A DNA stretch of 64,000 nt from an uncultured Verrucomicrobiae bacterium (GCA_963837955.1 CAWIPH010000002.1:3968001-4032000), one strand, 5' to 3'. Counted from the stretch's first letter, positions 17,903 to 28,443 are shown. The notes: generated from the letters alone by a model not told the origin. Program-made: numbers and translations.

Positions 17903-19081
17903 GTGAGCGGATGCAACCCTTTGGCGGAGGAAATTTGCGATCATATCCGGGCGAGCGGTCCAATCTCGTTTGCTCGGTATATGGAGCAAGCACTCTACCA
18001 TCCGGTCTATGGATACTATGCTTCCGAGCGCACTCGAATTGGGCAGACCGGCGATTTCTTTACTAATGTCAGTGTCGGCCACCTTTTCGGAGAAATATTA
18101 GCGGGCCAGTTGATCGAGCTGTCTATTCTCCTCGCTGCGGCCGACGGTTTCAAACTGCTGGAGCAAGGGACAGAAAACGGGCAGCTAGCCAAAGATATTC
18201 TTAGTACACTCACTGCGGAGCCTCAGGCGGCCGAATGGGAGTACTGGATCGTCGAGCCCTCGGCCAAAAAAGCGGCCGCCCAAAAAGCACATATCGGCCA
18301 AACAACGATTCCCGTTCGCTGGGTCTCAGGCCTTGAGCCCTTGGACTCGCTCTCCGGCGTCATTTTTTGCAATGAATTGCTCGACTCTTTGCCATGCCAC
18401 TTGGTTGAGCACGACGGCACGGAGTGGACCGAAATCTGCGTAGGAGAGAAAAGTGGAACCCTTGATTTCGTCCGCGGGCCAATCGGGGATGTGACCCTGC
18501 TTCACCACGTAGAACGTTTGCCCAAACCTGCCTTCACCCCGTACCGGACCGAGGTCAATCTCGCGGTGTTGAATTGGATAAAATCAGCCGCTCGAGCTCT
18601 GAGCCGCGGCTATATTCTCATCATCGATTACGGGTTTTCGGCCGAAGAACTCTACTCACCCCTGCGAACGGAAGGTACTCTTACTGGCTACTATCAACAT
18701 CAGCGGCAAAAGGACCTGCTGCAGCGCCCTGGCGAGATCGATATCACGGCACACGTCGATTTCTCGGCGATTGCCCAAGCTGCATGTGACGAGGGCTGCA
18801 CTCTGCTTGGGTTCACCGATCAGCATCACTTCATGGTCGGCGCCGCTGAACAGCGACTTTTAGCAATTGAACGGTTAGCGAACCATGGAGCGATGCTCGC
18901 AGATCAACAACGGTTCCTGCGCGAGTACAAAAGCCTCATGCATCCGAGTACGATGGGCCTCGCATTCAAATACTTGCTTTTGGGTAAAGGGGGTGCGCCT
19001 ACCGAAGTTCCGTCCGGATTCAGATACGGCAGCAATCCCGCGGCGGCTCTGGGGTTGTCCTCATCCGAGGTGCGGTATTAG
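17903..19081 (+). CDS. SAM-dependent methyltransferase, MidA/NDUFAF7 family
   Basis: FARYMEQALYHPVYGYY, GDFFT, NELLDSLP, IDYG, DITAHVDF. Confidence 0.9.
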   Translation: MSGCNPLAEEICDHIRASGPISFARYMEQALYHPVYGYYASERTRIGQTGDFFTNVSVGHLFGEILAGQLIELSILLAAADGFKLLEQGTENGQLAKDILSTLTAEPQAAEWEYWIVEPSAKKAAAQKAHIGQTTIPVRWVSGLEPLDSLSGVIFCNELLDSLPCHLVEHDGTEWTEICVGEKSGTLDFVRGPIGDVTLLHHVERLPKPAFTPYRTEVNLAVLNWIKSAARALSRGYILIIDYGFSAEELYSPLRTEGTLTGYYQHQRQKDLLQRPGEIDITAHVDFSAIAQAACDEGCTLLGFTDQHHFMVGAAEQRLLAIERLANHGAMLADQQRFLREYKSLMHPSTMGLAFKYLLLGKGGAPTEVPSGFRYGSNPAAALGLSSSEVRY

Positions 19082-19153
19082 CAAACGATCTCACCATCAT
19101 GATGGGATCGCCTCGCCAGAAAAGATGCGTCGTACCGAAATAGGCGGCCGCCA

Positions 19154-19188
19154 AATTTGCTATCGGCTATCTGCTATTTGCTATTTCT
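19154..19188. repeat. Heptamer array (TATCTGC-like)
   Basis: aatttgc tatcggc tatctgc tatttgc tatttct, between convergent genes. Confidence 0.7.
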
Positions 19189-21054
19189 TCAGAATCCCGA
19201 CGGATGCACATGATGGAATTCGGTCGCTTCCTGAAGCGCACGCGCAAACGCCAGCAATTTTCCATCTTCGTAATGTCTGCCTATGAACGTAATGCTCACC
19301 GGGGTTCCGGGGCCACCGATACTGTCATCATCACCGGTATCGACTGTCGGAGGTTTGGGTGCATCATTCTTTCGCAAGCCGTTCGGCACAATCACTGCCG
19401 GATGGCCGGTCAGGTTAGTGATAGCCAGTTGCGGACCGGAGCTTCTTGCTAAGACGACGTCATACTCAGCGAAGATCTTCTTCATTTCCCGAATGGCCAG
19501 AGTCCGTACCCGATTGGCCTGGATGTAATCGACCGCTGGATAGAAACGGGCGGCCCGAAACTGATTGGGCCAATCCTCAGAGCCTTGCTCCGTGAGCAGC
19601 TTATCTCGTCCTGACAGAGTGAGGTCATCGAATGCAGCTGCCGCCTCGGCGGTCAGCAGCGGGACCAGGGAATCAAACGGAAGATCAGGAAGATCCACGG
19701 GATGCGGATCAACGCCTAGCCGACGAACTTGTTGGAGGGCGGCCACATCGAATTGGTGATCATAAACTTGGCGCTCGTAGGTCGCATCGCGATTCGGCTG
19801 CTCATCGCGCCATTTCTTTAGCTCGGCCTCGGTCAATCCTTCTGGCTGCTTGTCCGGTTGCGGCATTTGATCGAAATCGGCCCGCACATAGCCAACTTTA
19901 AGCTGTTGCCAGTTGAGGTTAGCATCCCAGGCGAACGGTGCCGGAATCACACTGAGATCTGCATCATCGGGACCATAGATCGCCTGCATGACGAGCGCAC
20001 AATCTTCGACCGCACGACAGATCGGTCCCAGCTTATCCATCGTCCAGGCCAACGTCATTGCTCCGGTCCGCGGTACAAACCCAAACGTCGGTCGATATCC
20101 GGTCGTACCACAGCGGGTCGACGGCGACGAAATCGAACCGAGCGTTTCGGAGCCGACGGCAAACGCCACGCAGCCGGCAGCAGTCGCCGCAGCTGATCCG
20201 GCGGACGATCCGCTGGATCCCTGAGAGAGATTCCAAGGATTGCGGGTACGCCCCCCAAACCATTTATCTCCCATAGCAAGTGCGCCCAGCGTCAGCTTGG
20301 CCACGAGCACAGCGCCAGCCTCGTCCAAACGTTTCACGACCGTCGCATCCTCGTCGATTGATTGAGTCTCGAATCCGCCGGCACCCCAGGTGGTCGGATA
20401 TCCACGCACGGCTAGCAGGTCTTTGGCTCCCCAAGGCATGCCGTGTAACGGTCCGCGATATTTGCCCGCAGCTATCTCTTCGTCCGCCTTTTTAGCCTGC
20501 GCCCTCGCCTTCTCCTCCGTCAGGGTGATTGTGAAATGGAGTTTTGAATCGAACCGCTTCAACCGAGCGAGATACATCTCGGTGAGCGCAAGAGAAGAGA
20601 CCTTTTTCTGACGAATCAATTCGCCAAGTTCTCGGACAGTGGCAAACGCCAAATCCTCCAGGTTGGCCGGGACACTTACGATTGCGGGTGCGGCACTGAT
20701 CGCTTTGACCGTCCGATCGATTGGCGTTTCCATCGCGAAGCGGCAATCAAGACCGAGCAACGGATCAAACCGAAACGCTGGCGGCACATTGTTGGTGAGG
20801 CGGACTTCTCGCACCTTCGTGATACTGGTCCGCTGGTCACGGAGTTGCGACAGCATCGCCTCCTTCTGGTCCGGTAAGATGGTGATACCGGCCAATTCTG
20901 CCGCTTGATCAATCGTTTCTGAAGTGACCGGTTTTGTTGGGGTGGCAGACGCTAGCGCGTAAAGCGCTCCCATAAAAAAACTAGAGACGATTCCAACGCC
21001 ACCGCAGATCGTTAAAAACTCCCTTCGACTCGGACTAGAAGAAGCTTGGCTCAT
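19189..21054 (-). CDS. Amidase signature family enzyme with Tat signal
   Basis: SRREFL Tat motif; GAKDLL, GSSGSSAGS, GSETLGSI catalytic motifs. Confidence 0.92.
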   Translation of the reverse strand: MSQASSSPSRREFLTICGGVGIVSSFFMGALYALASATPTKPVTSETIDQAAELAGITILPDQKEAMLSQLRDQRTSITKVREVRLTNNVPPAFRFDPLLGLDCRFAMETPIDRTVKAISAAPAIVSVPANLEDLAFATVRELGELIRQKKVSSLALTEMYLARLKRFDSKLHFTITLTEEKARAQAKKADEEIAAGKYRGPLHGMPWGAKDLLAVRGYPTTWGAGGFETQSIDEDATVVKRLDEAGAVLVAKLTLGALAMGDKWFGGRTRNPWNLSQGSSGSSAGSAAATAAGCVAFAVGSETLGSISSPSTRCGTTGYRPTFGFVPRTGAMTLAWTMDKLGPICRAVEDCALVMQAIYGPDDADLSVIPAPFAWDANLNWQQLKVGYVRADFDQMPQPDKQPEGLTEAELKKWRDEQPNRDATYERQVYDHQFDVAALQQVRRLGVDPHPVDLPDLPFDSLVPLLTAEAAAAFDDLTLSGRDKLLTEQGSEDWPNQFRAARFYPAVDYIQANRVRTLAIREMKKIFAEYDVVLARSSGPQLAITNLTGHPAVIVPNGLRKNDAPKPPTVDTGDDDSIGGPGTPVSITFIGRHYEDGKLLAFARALQEATEFHHVHPSGF

Positions 21055-21401
21055 GCTATGAAAATGTTTTTGTCACTGTCTGTTATCGCCCGCTGCAACG
21101 TTTTTGAGGAACTTGAGGCACAGGTGCACAAATTCCAAAGATACGGAGCACTACTTTCGACGACTCCCGCAAAACCGTTTTATTCCGGCTGGGGGTAGAG
21201 GAACGAAAGCAGGCGCGAATCACTTTGACATGAGTCACGGCACTCTCGTCCAGCGCGAAAAACAGCTGGAGTACGAGTATTCGCCTTCGAGCAAATTTCC
21301 GTCTGGTATAGCACCCTTCCGAGTCTTAGGTTCAGGTTCTGAAGGCCGAGAAGCGCGATTGGATTGGAGCCGTTCGAGACGCTATCGAAGAATTCTGACG
21401 A

Positions 21402-21575
21402 ATGAAAACAAGCAAGACCAAAATCAAACCGGCACCGCCCGCAACGGCCGTGAACGCAGTAGATCGCCAAAAACAAGCTGGGCTCCAGCTAAGTGGAAAG
21501 AAAACCCGGGTGCGCGGGCATTTGCGTGCCGCTACTGGCATAAAGCAGAGTCAGCGGGACCGTCGCATCCCCTGA
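21402..21575 (+). CDS. Small basic hypothetical protein (57 aa, below ORF-track cutoff)
   Basis: ATG..TGA: MKTSKTKIKPAPPATAVNAVDRQKQAGLQLSGKKTRVRGHLRAATGIKQSQRDRRIP. Confidence 0.45.
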   Translation: MKTSKTKIKPAPPATAVNAVDRQKQAGLQLSGKKTRVRGHLRAATGIKQSQRDRRIP

Positions 21576-21593
21576 TCGGCAAACAGTTATGTC

Positions 21594-21639
21594 CCGGGGA
21601 GGGGACTCGAACCCCTAAGGATTGCTCCACCAGATCCTA
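21594..21639 (-). repeat. att-like 46-bp direct repeat of the tRNA-Leu 3' half
   Basis: Identical to 30180-30225 (anticodon through acceptor stem). Confidence 0.93.
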
Positions 21640-22072
21640 CGACGGAGTGCCACCCGACAGTAATCCCGGCTCAAACCAGCCGATCGAGGATCGACACCAA
21701 GACGGACAGCAAAAGCTCTTCCCTGAGTTCTGGCCTTTGTTCGAAGGCGACGACCAGCAAAGACCCGCCAACACTGAACGCTGTCGAAGGCAAGTGTAGC
21801 AGTAAACGTCTCCCATTGACGCCGAATAGATCGAAGCGTCTAGTGGCGGACCGCTCAGAGACCTTTCGGCCAAAGGCGTTCCTCCTGACCCTGCGACAAG
21901 GATGTTACTCGTGACGTGAGAAAACCCCGCAGCAGATCGTTCGGCGACAAACCATCCTAAAACTCCGGGAGGAGACAATGAAAATACGCTTACCACTCGC
22001 CCTAACAGGGTTAGGCAATCGGCTTTGCTGCCTCGCGGGAAGTCAAGAACATCCAAAAGGAAATACAAAACC

Positions 22073-22339
22073 ATGAACTACGTGCTCCTACATCACAAAG
22101 CTGCCGACTTTTCCAAGTGGAAGTCGGTTTATGATGCTCATTTATCGACTCGTCAGAAAGCGGGTCTCAAACAAGAACATCTGCTTCACAATATCGACGA
22201 TCCAAGCAAGGTAGTCCTGTTGTTTGAAGCAGAAGATGTCCAAAAGGCAAGAGAGCTTGTCGCCTCAGACGATTTACGTGAGAAAATGCAAGCGGGCGGA
22301 GTAATTGATAAGCCGGATATCTACTTTCTTACTACTTAA
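22073..22339 (+). CDS. Small dimeric alpha-beta barrel-like hypothetical protein
   Basis: HKAADFSKWKSVYD...DDPSKVVLLFEAED...MQAGGVIDKP pattern. Confidence 0.7.
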   Translation: MNYVLLHHKAADFSKWKSVYDAHLSTRQKAGLKQEHLLHNIDDPSKVVLLFEAEDVQKARELVASDDLREKMQAGGVIDKPDIYFLTT

Positions 22340-22611
22340 AGCTTGTGGGTTCAAAGCACCGCCGGTGGAAGAACAACACCACACGGCGGTAAGCCCCAAA
22401 TTTTCCGCTTCCGGGTATGGATTTAGTCTGAGATAATTTGCGAACCGGGATTTGATTCTAACTTCCGCATCGATCGGGACCGACGAACCCGAGATGGGTA
22501 CTATGGTGAGGATGGGGAAGACCCGAACACTGTGCGGTAGGAAACTTCAGCCAGAGCATTCGCGATGTTCATAATAAGTATGACTGCAGCTAGGATTACC
22601 AAGGGCCCGTT

Positions 22612-23097
22612 TCATGTGATCTCGAAGATGACCTCCACAACGACAGGCGTGCCGATTGGCAGACTTTGAACGCCGTACACCATCCGCGCGTGACCGTTTT
22701 CGATGACGGTGCATCGGATCTGTTTGTTCAACTGTTCGGCAGCGACGGCGGCGTGCTCGACAAACTGCTCCGTCGTGACCAGAACAACGCTCAGCTTCAC
22801 CAGCTTTCTTACACGATCCAGGTCGCCAAGATGCTGCTGCGCGACCGCCAAAGCGTTCATTGCGGCAATCCGCGTCGCCTCGCGGCCTTGCTCGATCGAG
22901 AGGTTTTCTCCGAGCCGTCCGGTTATGGAGAGTTTGCGATTCACCACCGGAAGCATCCCGCTCAGAAAGAGCAGCGAGCCGACCTCAGAAGCTTCGAGAT
23001 AGGCTCCCAAGGGCGTCGGTGCCTTTGGGAGCACTAGGCCGAGTTCGCGCAAGCGCGAACCCGGTTTGGCAACCGTGGAATTATTACCGACCGGCAT
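22612..23097 (-). CDS. RidA/YjgF-family protein carrying an internal in-frame 36-bp inversion (possibly inactive)
   Basis: LPKAPTPLGAY, LSGMLP, GHARMVYGVQSLP; the expected DGASDLFVQLFG segment is encoded on the opposite strand at 22705-22740. Confidence 0.85.
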   Translation of the reverse strand: MPVGNNSTVAKPGSRLRELGLVLPKAPTPLGAYLEASEVGSLLFLSGMLPVVNRKLSITGRLGENLSIEQGREATRIAAMNALAVAQQHLGDLDRVRKLVKLSVVLVTTEQFVEHAAVAAEQLNKQIRCTVIENGHARMVYGVQSLPIGTPVVVEVIFEIT

Positions 23098-23809
23098 GGA
23101 CCCCTCCATCGACTCGGATGTTTTCGCCCGTTACGAAGGTGGCGTTCTGGAGATAGAGCACCGCGTCGACGATGTCAGAAATTTCACCCATCCGAGCGAG
23201 GGGGTGAAACTTCGCCAGCGCCGCGTGATCATCCTTGGCGTGCATCGGCGTGTTGATGTTGCCGGGCGACACCGTGTTGAACCGGATGTTGTTCGCCGCG
23301 TACTCCAACGCCAGCGCCTTACTCACAGCCGGCATCGGCGACTTCGACAGCACCGCCAAAAGTGCGGACACGGCGCCACTCGGTTGATCCGCCAGCACCG
23401 CCGAGATGTTCACCACATGCCCCGAATTTTGCTTCTTCATCTGTGGAATCACTTGCTGCGTCATGAAGAAGAAACTGGCCACATTGGTGTTCATTACTCG
23501 ATTGTAGTCGTCCTCGGTGTACTCAGTGAACGGCTTGGGTATGAAAATCCCTGCGTTGTTCACCAGCAGATCGACCCGGCCGAAATGCTTCAGGGCTGAG
23601 TCCACCACCTTGACGGCGGTTTCCTTCTTGCTGACCTCTCCATCCACAAGGACGAGATCCGGAGAAGGCTTAAGGTCCTTCGACTCACTGATCGTTCGCG
23701 ACGTGGCCACGACGCGCCAGCCGCGTTCGAGCAGCGCCTGGGTGATGCCCAGGCCGATTCCGCTGGAAGCGCCGGTGACAATGGCGACGGGTTGCTGGGT
23801 AGTGTTCAT
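23084..23809 (-). CDS. SDR family oxidoreductase (atypical, no YxxxK tyrosine)
   Basis: TGASSGIG, NNAG, VTGENIRVDGG. Confidence 0.9.
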   Translation of the reverse strand: MNTTQQPVAIVTGASSGIGLGITQALLERGWRVVATSRTISESKDLKPSPDLVLVDGEVSKKETAVKVVDSALKHFGRVDLLVNNAGIFIPKPFTEYTEDDYNRVMNTNVASFFFMTQQVIPQMKKQNSGHVVNISAVLADQPSGAVSALLAVLSKSPMPAVSKALALEYAANNIRFNTVSPGNINTPMHAKDDHAALAKFHPLARMGEISDIVDAVLYLQNATFVTGENIRVDGGVHAGR

Positions 23810-23874
23810 CGTAGTTTTTCTGGTTTTAGCTGACGTTGTTAAGGTAAAAGAACGTTCATTCTGACCGATCCAAA

Positions 23875-24660
23875 CTAGTCAGATTGGGCGACACGGGATT
23901 GGTCGGCAGCCTCCTCGATGAGAGCCGCCACTTCCTTGGCGTGCGAGATGTAGAGGGCGTGGCTGGCTCCCTCCGCCTCCACTTTGTGGCTGTGCGCGCG
24001 CTCGGCGTACATGCGTTCCAGGTCGGGGTTGATGGTTTTGTCGGCCGTCGCCACCAGGTACCAGCTCGGCTTCAGTTTCCAGGCGGGATTGGTAATGGGC
24101 GTCGTGAACACCTTGACCGCAGTGAGCATCTGCGAGTGCGCCATGAACTCGGCCTGCTCGCGTGGCAGGTCGGCGGCGAAGTCTGCTGGGAAGTTCGCGG
24201 GATCGAGAAATACAAAGCCGTCCGATGTCTTGACCAGCGGTTTGGCGGAGTTGGGGAATTTCTTACCGTAGGTGGCCACGGTCTCGCCCTCATCCGGTGC
24301 GAGTGCAGCGATGTAGACGAGCCCGGCGACATGGGAGTCGTTGCCAGCCTCGGTGATGACGGCGCCGCCATAGCTGTGGCCAACCAGGATGCACGCGCCC
24401 GTTTGGCGATCAAGGATTCGCTTAGTCGCGGCGACATCCTCCTCCAGCGAGGTCAGCGGCTCCTGGACAACGGTGACGCTGTATCCGTCCTTGACCAGAA
24501 TGTCGTAGACCGGTTTCCAGCCCGAGCCGTCGGCGAAGGCGCCGTGCACCACCACGATGTTCTTGACCGGCGCGGCCAGCACGGGAACCGCCGTCCCGGC
24601 GAGGACGAGCAAGGCGGCGGCTGACACGAACGAATTCTTTAGGTTATTGAAAATCATCAT
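23875..24660 (-). CDS. Secreted alpha/beta hydrolase
   Basis: Signal peptide, VHGAFADG, GHSYGG nucleophile elbow, ASH. Confidence 0.9.
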   Translation of the reverse strand: MMIFNNLKNSFVSAAALLVLAGTAVPVLAAPVKNIVVVHGAFADGSGWKPVYDILVKDGYSVTVVQEPLTSLEEDVAATKRILDRQTGACILVGHSYGGAVITEAGNDSHVAGLVYIAALAPDEGETVATYGKKFPNSAKPLVKTSDGFVFLDPANFPADFAADLPREQAEFMAHSQMLTAVKVFTTPITNPAWKLKPSWYLVATADKTINPDLERMYAERAHSHKVEAEGASHALYISHAKEVAALIEEAADQSRVAQSD

Positions 24661-24710
24661 AAGAAGCTGTTGCACTGTTTTGGTTCGATCTTGCTCAACT
24701 AGACGTTGCT

Positions 24711-24791
24711 TGTAATTAGCTATATCTACTATTGAACATTACAGAGGTGAACTGATATCAGTAACTTGTCAAACGACAGTTTAAATATTAC
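24711..24791. promoter_or_regulatory. Candidate tandem operator: TGTAAT-N21-ATTACA and GTAA-N23-TTAC
   Basis: In the divergent promoter of the CGNR regulator; same spacing conserved at 29839-29918. Confidence 0.6.
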
Positions 24792-24801
24792 GTTGCCTTA
24801 T

Positions 24802-25443
24802 ATGTCTCACGCCTCCGAAGATGGCGGGACCAACCGTGCGGAATTTATTTTTGTTGGCACGCATCCGGCCATCGACTTTGCTAACACCCTTGTCCCCCCG
24901 CCCGGCCCGGGAATCGATTTTTTGCGGGCGTGGCCTGACGTGATCGACTGGCTCGGGGAGGCGAAGATTTCAACGGACGTACGTTTGGATGTATCCGCTG
25001 CTCGCCGGCCCGAGGCTCTCAAAAACGTATTGGAACTTCGCCGAGATTGGAAACAAGTGCTGGCATCGCTTGTCGCTGGCGGGAAAGTCAGCGATCATTT
25101 TCTCACGCGACTTAACCGGATCTTGGCTGTCGACAGTTTTCACGAGGTGTTACACCGAGTCGGCAAGAAGCAATTCCATCTTGTCCGCTCAACCTCCGAG
25201 TTGCAAGGGGATGTCCTCGCCCACGCCATTCTCGCCCGCCAGATTGCTCTCTTCCTCGCCGAAGCGAATCTGAGCTATCTCCGTCGTTGCGCCGACACCA
25301 GCTCGTGCGCCCTTTATTTCTACGACACGACGAAAAATCATCGCCGCCAGTGGTGTAGCGTAGCGACTTGCGGTAATCGTCACAGGGTTGCGGAGTTTCG
25401 TCGTCGGCAAAGCGAAGCTAAGGAATCGGCTTCTTCCCGCTAA
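24802..25443 (+). CDS. ABATE + CGNR zinc-finger putative transcription regulator
   Basis: IDFANT; RRC...C..YFYDTTKNHRRQWCSVATCGNR. Confidence 0.92.
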   Translation: MSHASEDGGTNRAEFIFVGTHPAIDFANTLVPPPGPGIDFLRAWPDVIDWLGEAKISTDVRLDVSAARRPEALKNVLELRRDWKQVLASLVAGGKVSDHFLTRLNRILAVDSFHEVLHRVGKKQFHLVRSTSELQGDVLAHAILARQIALFLAEANLSYLRRCADTSSCALYFYDTTKNHRRQWCSVATCGNRHRVAEFRRRQSEAKESASSR

Positions 25444-25492
25444 GGCGGTTGTAGCGTCACCGGCGCGCGGTGATAACTAGCTACTACCGGCA

Positions 25493-27208
25493 TCATTCGC
25501 CAAATGGGCGTTTAATCTTCGATGCTCGTTCCTTCCTAACTGGCTCAACGAATTCGGTAGGATCTTCGGTGATGACGCTGTCTTCTGCGTCTCTGTGCTT
25601 GTGCGAAAGGAGTTCCTTATTAACGCCAAGATACGTCCGCACTTCCGGAGGATTTGGACCCAGGTGCAGGGACTCTGCCTGCGCAATGACGTCGCCATCG
25701 GCTTTCGTCATTCGTTCTTGCTGCAACATATATTGAGTCCAAGATGGAACCATCATTTCGATACGAAACGTGTTGAGCCGGCTCGGATCCTCGAACAATT
25801 GCCAACTGTATGCGCCGTTGCGCAAGTGGATCAGCCGGACTTCACGCATTAAATCAACAAATTTGGAACCCCGTGAGCGATCAACTTGAAACTCTAACGT
25901 CACCAAGACCGGCCCGTCTTTTGGTTCGGGCCTATATAGCAGGTTGTGGACAATGTTCATCACCGCCACTGGCACAGAATCGGGGTCAGCAGTCATAGTA
26001 AAATCAATGGACCAAGGATGGCGGAGCAGGTGAGTCAGGGTGAGCACCGCAAGTACCAGGATAGCCGCTACTATCAGCGCTGTATTTACTCCGGCCGTCG
26101 CTGCGATCGTACCCCAAAGGATCCCACCGAGCGCCATCGCGCCCTGGGAAACCATGATTACGGTCGCATTCATGCGTCCCCTTGCCCATCCGGGCATCGC
26201 GCGCTGAGCAGCCACCCAGAGTTCAGCAGCGGACACGGTCCATACGACCCCGGCAAGCGCGGCGACCAAGAGAAACGCCGGCGCTTCACGGATCAATGCC
26301 ATCAGAACATAAACGATAGATAACAACAATGCTGCCAATCGAGTTAAGGTATTTGGCGAAAAATGCGCACGCGCCCATGGAAGAATGAAGACGGCGGCAA
26401 GCACTGAGCCGATGCCCATGCTGGCAAATAGCAGACCGAGATTGGACGGGCTCAGATGCAGTTCTTTCAGACCGACCACCGGGAGCAACGCAGGAATGAT
26501 TGCAATAAAGAAGGAAAAAATTGCGTTGCGGATCAAAATGATCCGTATGCCGTGAGAATAGCGGACATAGCGAATCGCGCTGATAACTGATTCGAAGAAG
26601 CTCTCCAGCGGAAGTTTCGAGACCTTAGGTTTCCACGGTGCAATGCTTATAAGCACCGCAAGCAAACAGAGGGCGTTGAGCGCGAAAACGGTGTTGGCTC
26701 CGACGAAAACCAAAAGCAGTCCTCCCAGAGCTGGACCGATAATCCCCGAGATGTTCAGCTGTAGTCCGCTCAAGATTGACGCCGAAGGAAGTTCTTCATT
26801 GGACACAATCCCAGGCACCACGGCAGAAAAGACTGGCGCGTTGAACGCGAACCCCGTCCCGATTAGAAATATTGAGCCGAGAATGACGTACGGAGTCAGG
26901 AGATTCAACCAGCCCAGGATCGCAAGTCCGCCAGCACATACCGCCAGGCAAATGTACGCCACGTACAACATCTTCTTGCGATCCGTCATGTCCGCAAGAG
27001 CTCCTGCCGGCAGAATAAATAGGAAAAACGGAAGCGTGGCCGCTGTCGACATCAGGGAGAGGAGCATCGTCGAATGACTGAGACTGTTCATTACCCAGAT
27101 GGCAGCCGTATCATGCGCGGATACGCAAATCCCGGAAACGACGGTAGCAACCCAGAGTTTGCCGAAGGTCGGGTTTCGTAAGGCGATCCAGCTTGAAGTT
27201 CTAGTCAT
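25493..27208 (-). CDS. MFS transporter (MFS_3/DUF894 type) with C-terminal soluble domain
   Basis: 12 TM pattern, PAGALADMTDRKK, PGWARGR, C-terminal LRNGAYSWQLFED. Confidence 0.9.
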   Translation of the reverse strand: MTRTSSWIALRNPTFGKLWVATVVSGICVSAHDTAAIWVMNSLSHSTMLLSLMSTAATLPFFLFILPAGALADMTDRKKMLYVAYICLAVCAGGLAILGWLNLLTPYVILGSIFLIGTGFAFNAPVFSAVVPGIVSNEELPSASILSGLQLNISGIIGPALGGLLLVFVGANTVFALNALCLLAVLISIAPWKPKVSKLPLESFFESVISAIRYVRYSHGIRIILIRNAIFSFFIAIIPALLPVVGLKELHLSPSNLGLLFASMGIGSVLAAVFILPWARAHFSPNTLTRLAALLLSIVYVLMALIREAPAFLLVAALAGVVWTVSAAELWVAAQRAMPGWARGRMNATVIMVSQGAMALGGILWGTIAATAGVNTALIVAAILVLAVLTLTHLLRHPWSIDFTMTADPDSVPVAVMNIVHNLLYRPEPKDGPVLVTLEFQVDRSRGSKFVDLMREVRLIHLRNGAYSWQLFEDPSRLNTFRIEMMVPSWTQYMLQQERMTKADGDVIAQAESLHLGPNPPEVRTYLGVNKELLSHKHRDAEDSVITEDPTEFVEPVRKERASKIKRPFGE

Positions 27209-27429
27209 TAGGATCGAGGCAAAGTGCTGCTCCAAAATACAACAACACCATTATGCCGCTATCGCGTTAGGCAGGTTTATAAATTCGAGGAAGAGGGTAG
27301 CTGCTAACCGCAAATTTTGTTGCTCGCTTATCGGCCGCTCCCTTCTTGTTTGCAGAGGTTTTTGGGCCCTCACTTACGACAGCGTACGCTTGCCCTGCGC
27401 TCGATACGTTAAGAGCACGACGCCCACGC

Positions 27430-28443
27430 TCACTCTCGGCCGTTGTGCGGCGGCCCTAGGTAGGGGAACTCGGCGAGGAGATCGCCATGGGGCCCTACCT
27501 TATCCCGCGTCACCTTGCCATTTGTGAGAATGGAAAGGAAGGCATCGGCGGCGTCGTCGGTGAGTGTTCGGCCATTCTCCGGGAAAGACGCAGGGCGCGT
27601 GGGATCATAAGGGAGGACCTCCGGCAGCATTATCTCGGCCACCCGCCTTGCCTCCTGGGGCGTATAGCCACCCGTATGCTCCAGCGCGTGCGCGAAGGCG
27701 GCAACGAAACGCACATCGTTCGCCGGCTCCCCTCCGAGGTAGGCATCTCTCTCCGCGCCGGAGAGACCGAGCACAAGGAAAAGTTGCAGGGGCCGCGCGC
27801 CGCGCTCCGCCTGGATCCAGCCCCCGTCCGTGCCGTCCGCCCGAACCAGCGTGCGGTGCCACAGGCCAACTGCTTTGCCCCCCAAGGCAAAGTTGGGCAC
27901 TTCGAGCACGATGCTGCACACATCCTTGTCGGCGAAGAAATCGTCACCGGTGAACTGCAAGTTGTTCACTGCACCCCTTCTGTCGAAGAAAAAGGGATCG
28001 CTGCGACGCCCCGCGAAGAATCGGTAGTCGCCAGCATCCGTCACCCGTGCCTCTAGGCCCGTCGAGACCGGTGCCCCCTCGACGATAGCTTGGCCACTGT
28101 CGTTCGCTCCGGCGGCCTGCGCGCCCTCAACGCGACGCAGCGTCGCGGTCTGCACCCCGCCCGCGGAGGACGAGAAACGCATCCGGTACGCGATGTCGGC
28201 CACGGCATCGCCGTTCGCGTCAATCTTGATCTCGTAAAGCGCCTCGGGCGCGAAAGCCTCGGCGGTAGTGGGTCCCAGCGGGTTCTCGCGGTCCAGGTAA
28301 TCATGAGCGGACGGATGCACGTTCATGACCAGGATGGACTTGCTAGCGTCTCCCGGCTTGGGGAAGGCATACAGATCGGTAAGGTCCAGGCGAGGGTCCC
28401 CACGGGGGAACCCCCAGTCGGGACCGGAGTAATGGTGTGACAT
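27430..28443 (-). CDS. DUF4331-family protein
   Basis: MSHH, DLTDLYAF, FAGRRSDPFFFD, NGRTLTDD, FPYLGPP. Confidence 0.8.
   Translation of the reverse strand: MSHHYSGPDWGFPRGDPRLDLTDLYAFPKPGDASKSILVMNVHPSAHDYLDRENPLGPTTAEAFAPEALYEIKIDANGDAVADIAYRMRFSSSAGGVQTATLRRVEGAQAAGANDSGQAIVEGAPVSTGLEARVTDAGDYRFFAGRRSDPFFFDRRGAVNNLQFTGDDFFADKDVCSIVLEVPNFALGGKAVGLWHRTLVRADGTDGGWIQAERGARPLQLFLVLGLSGAERDAYLGGEPANDVRFVAAFAHALEHTGGYTPQEARRVAEIMLPEVLPYDPTRPASFPENGRTLTDDAADAFLSILTNGKVTRDKVGPHGDLLAEFPYLGPPHNGRE

Noticed and set aside
21104..22074. Long ORFs 21104-21799 (+) and 21637-22074 (-), or an integrase remnant
   Set aside because: One crosses the att repeat, neither looks like a known protein, and no tyrosine recombinase R-H-R-Y motifs were seen.
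23066..28440. Long antisense ORFs over island genes (e.g. 23884-24624, 27487-28056)
   Set aside because: Typical shadow ORFs of GC-rich coding strands with no independent motifs; only the 22705-22740 segment is informative.
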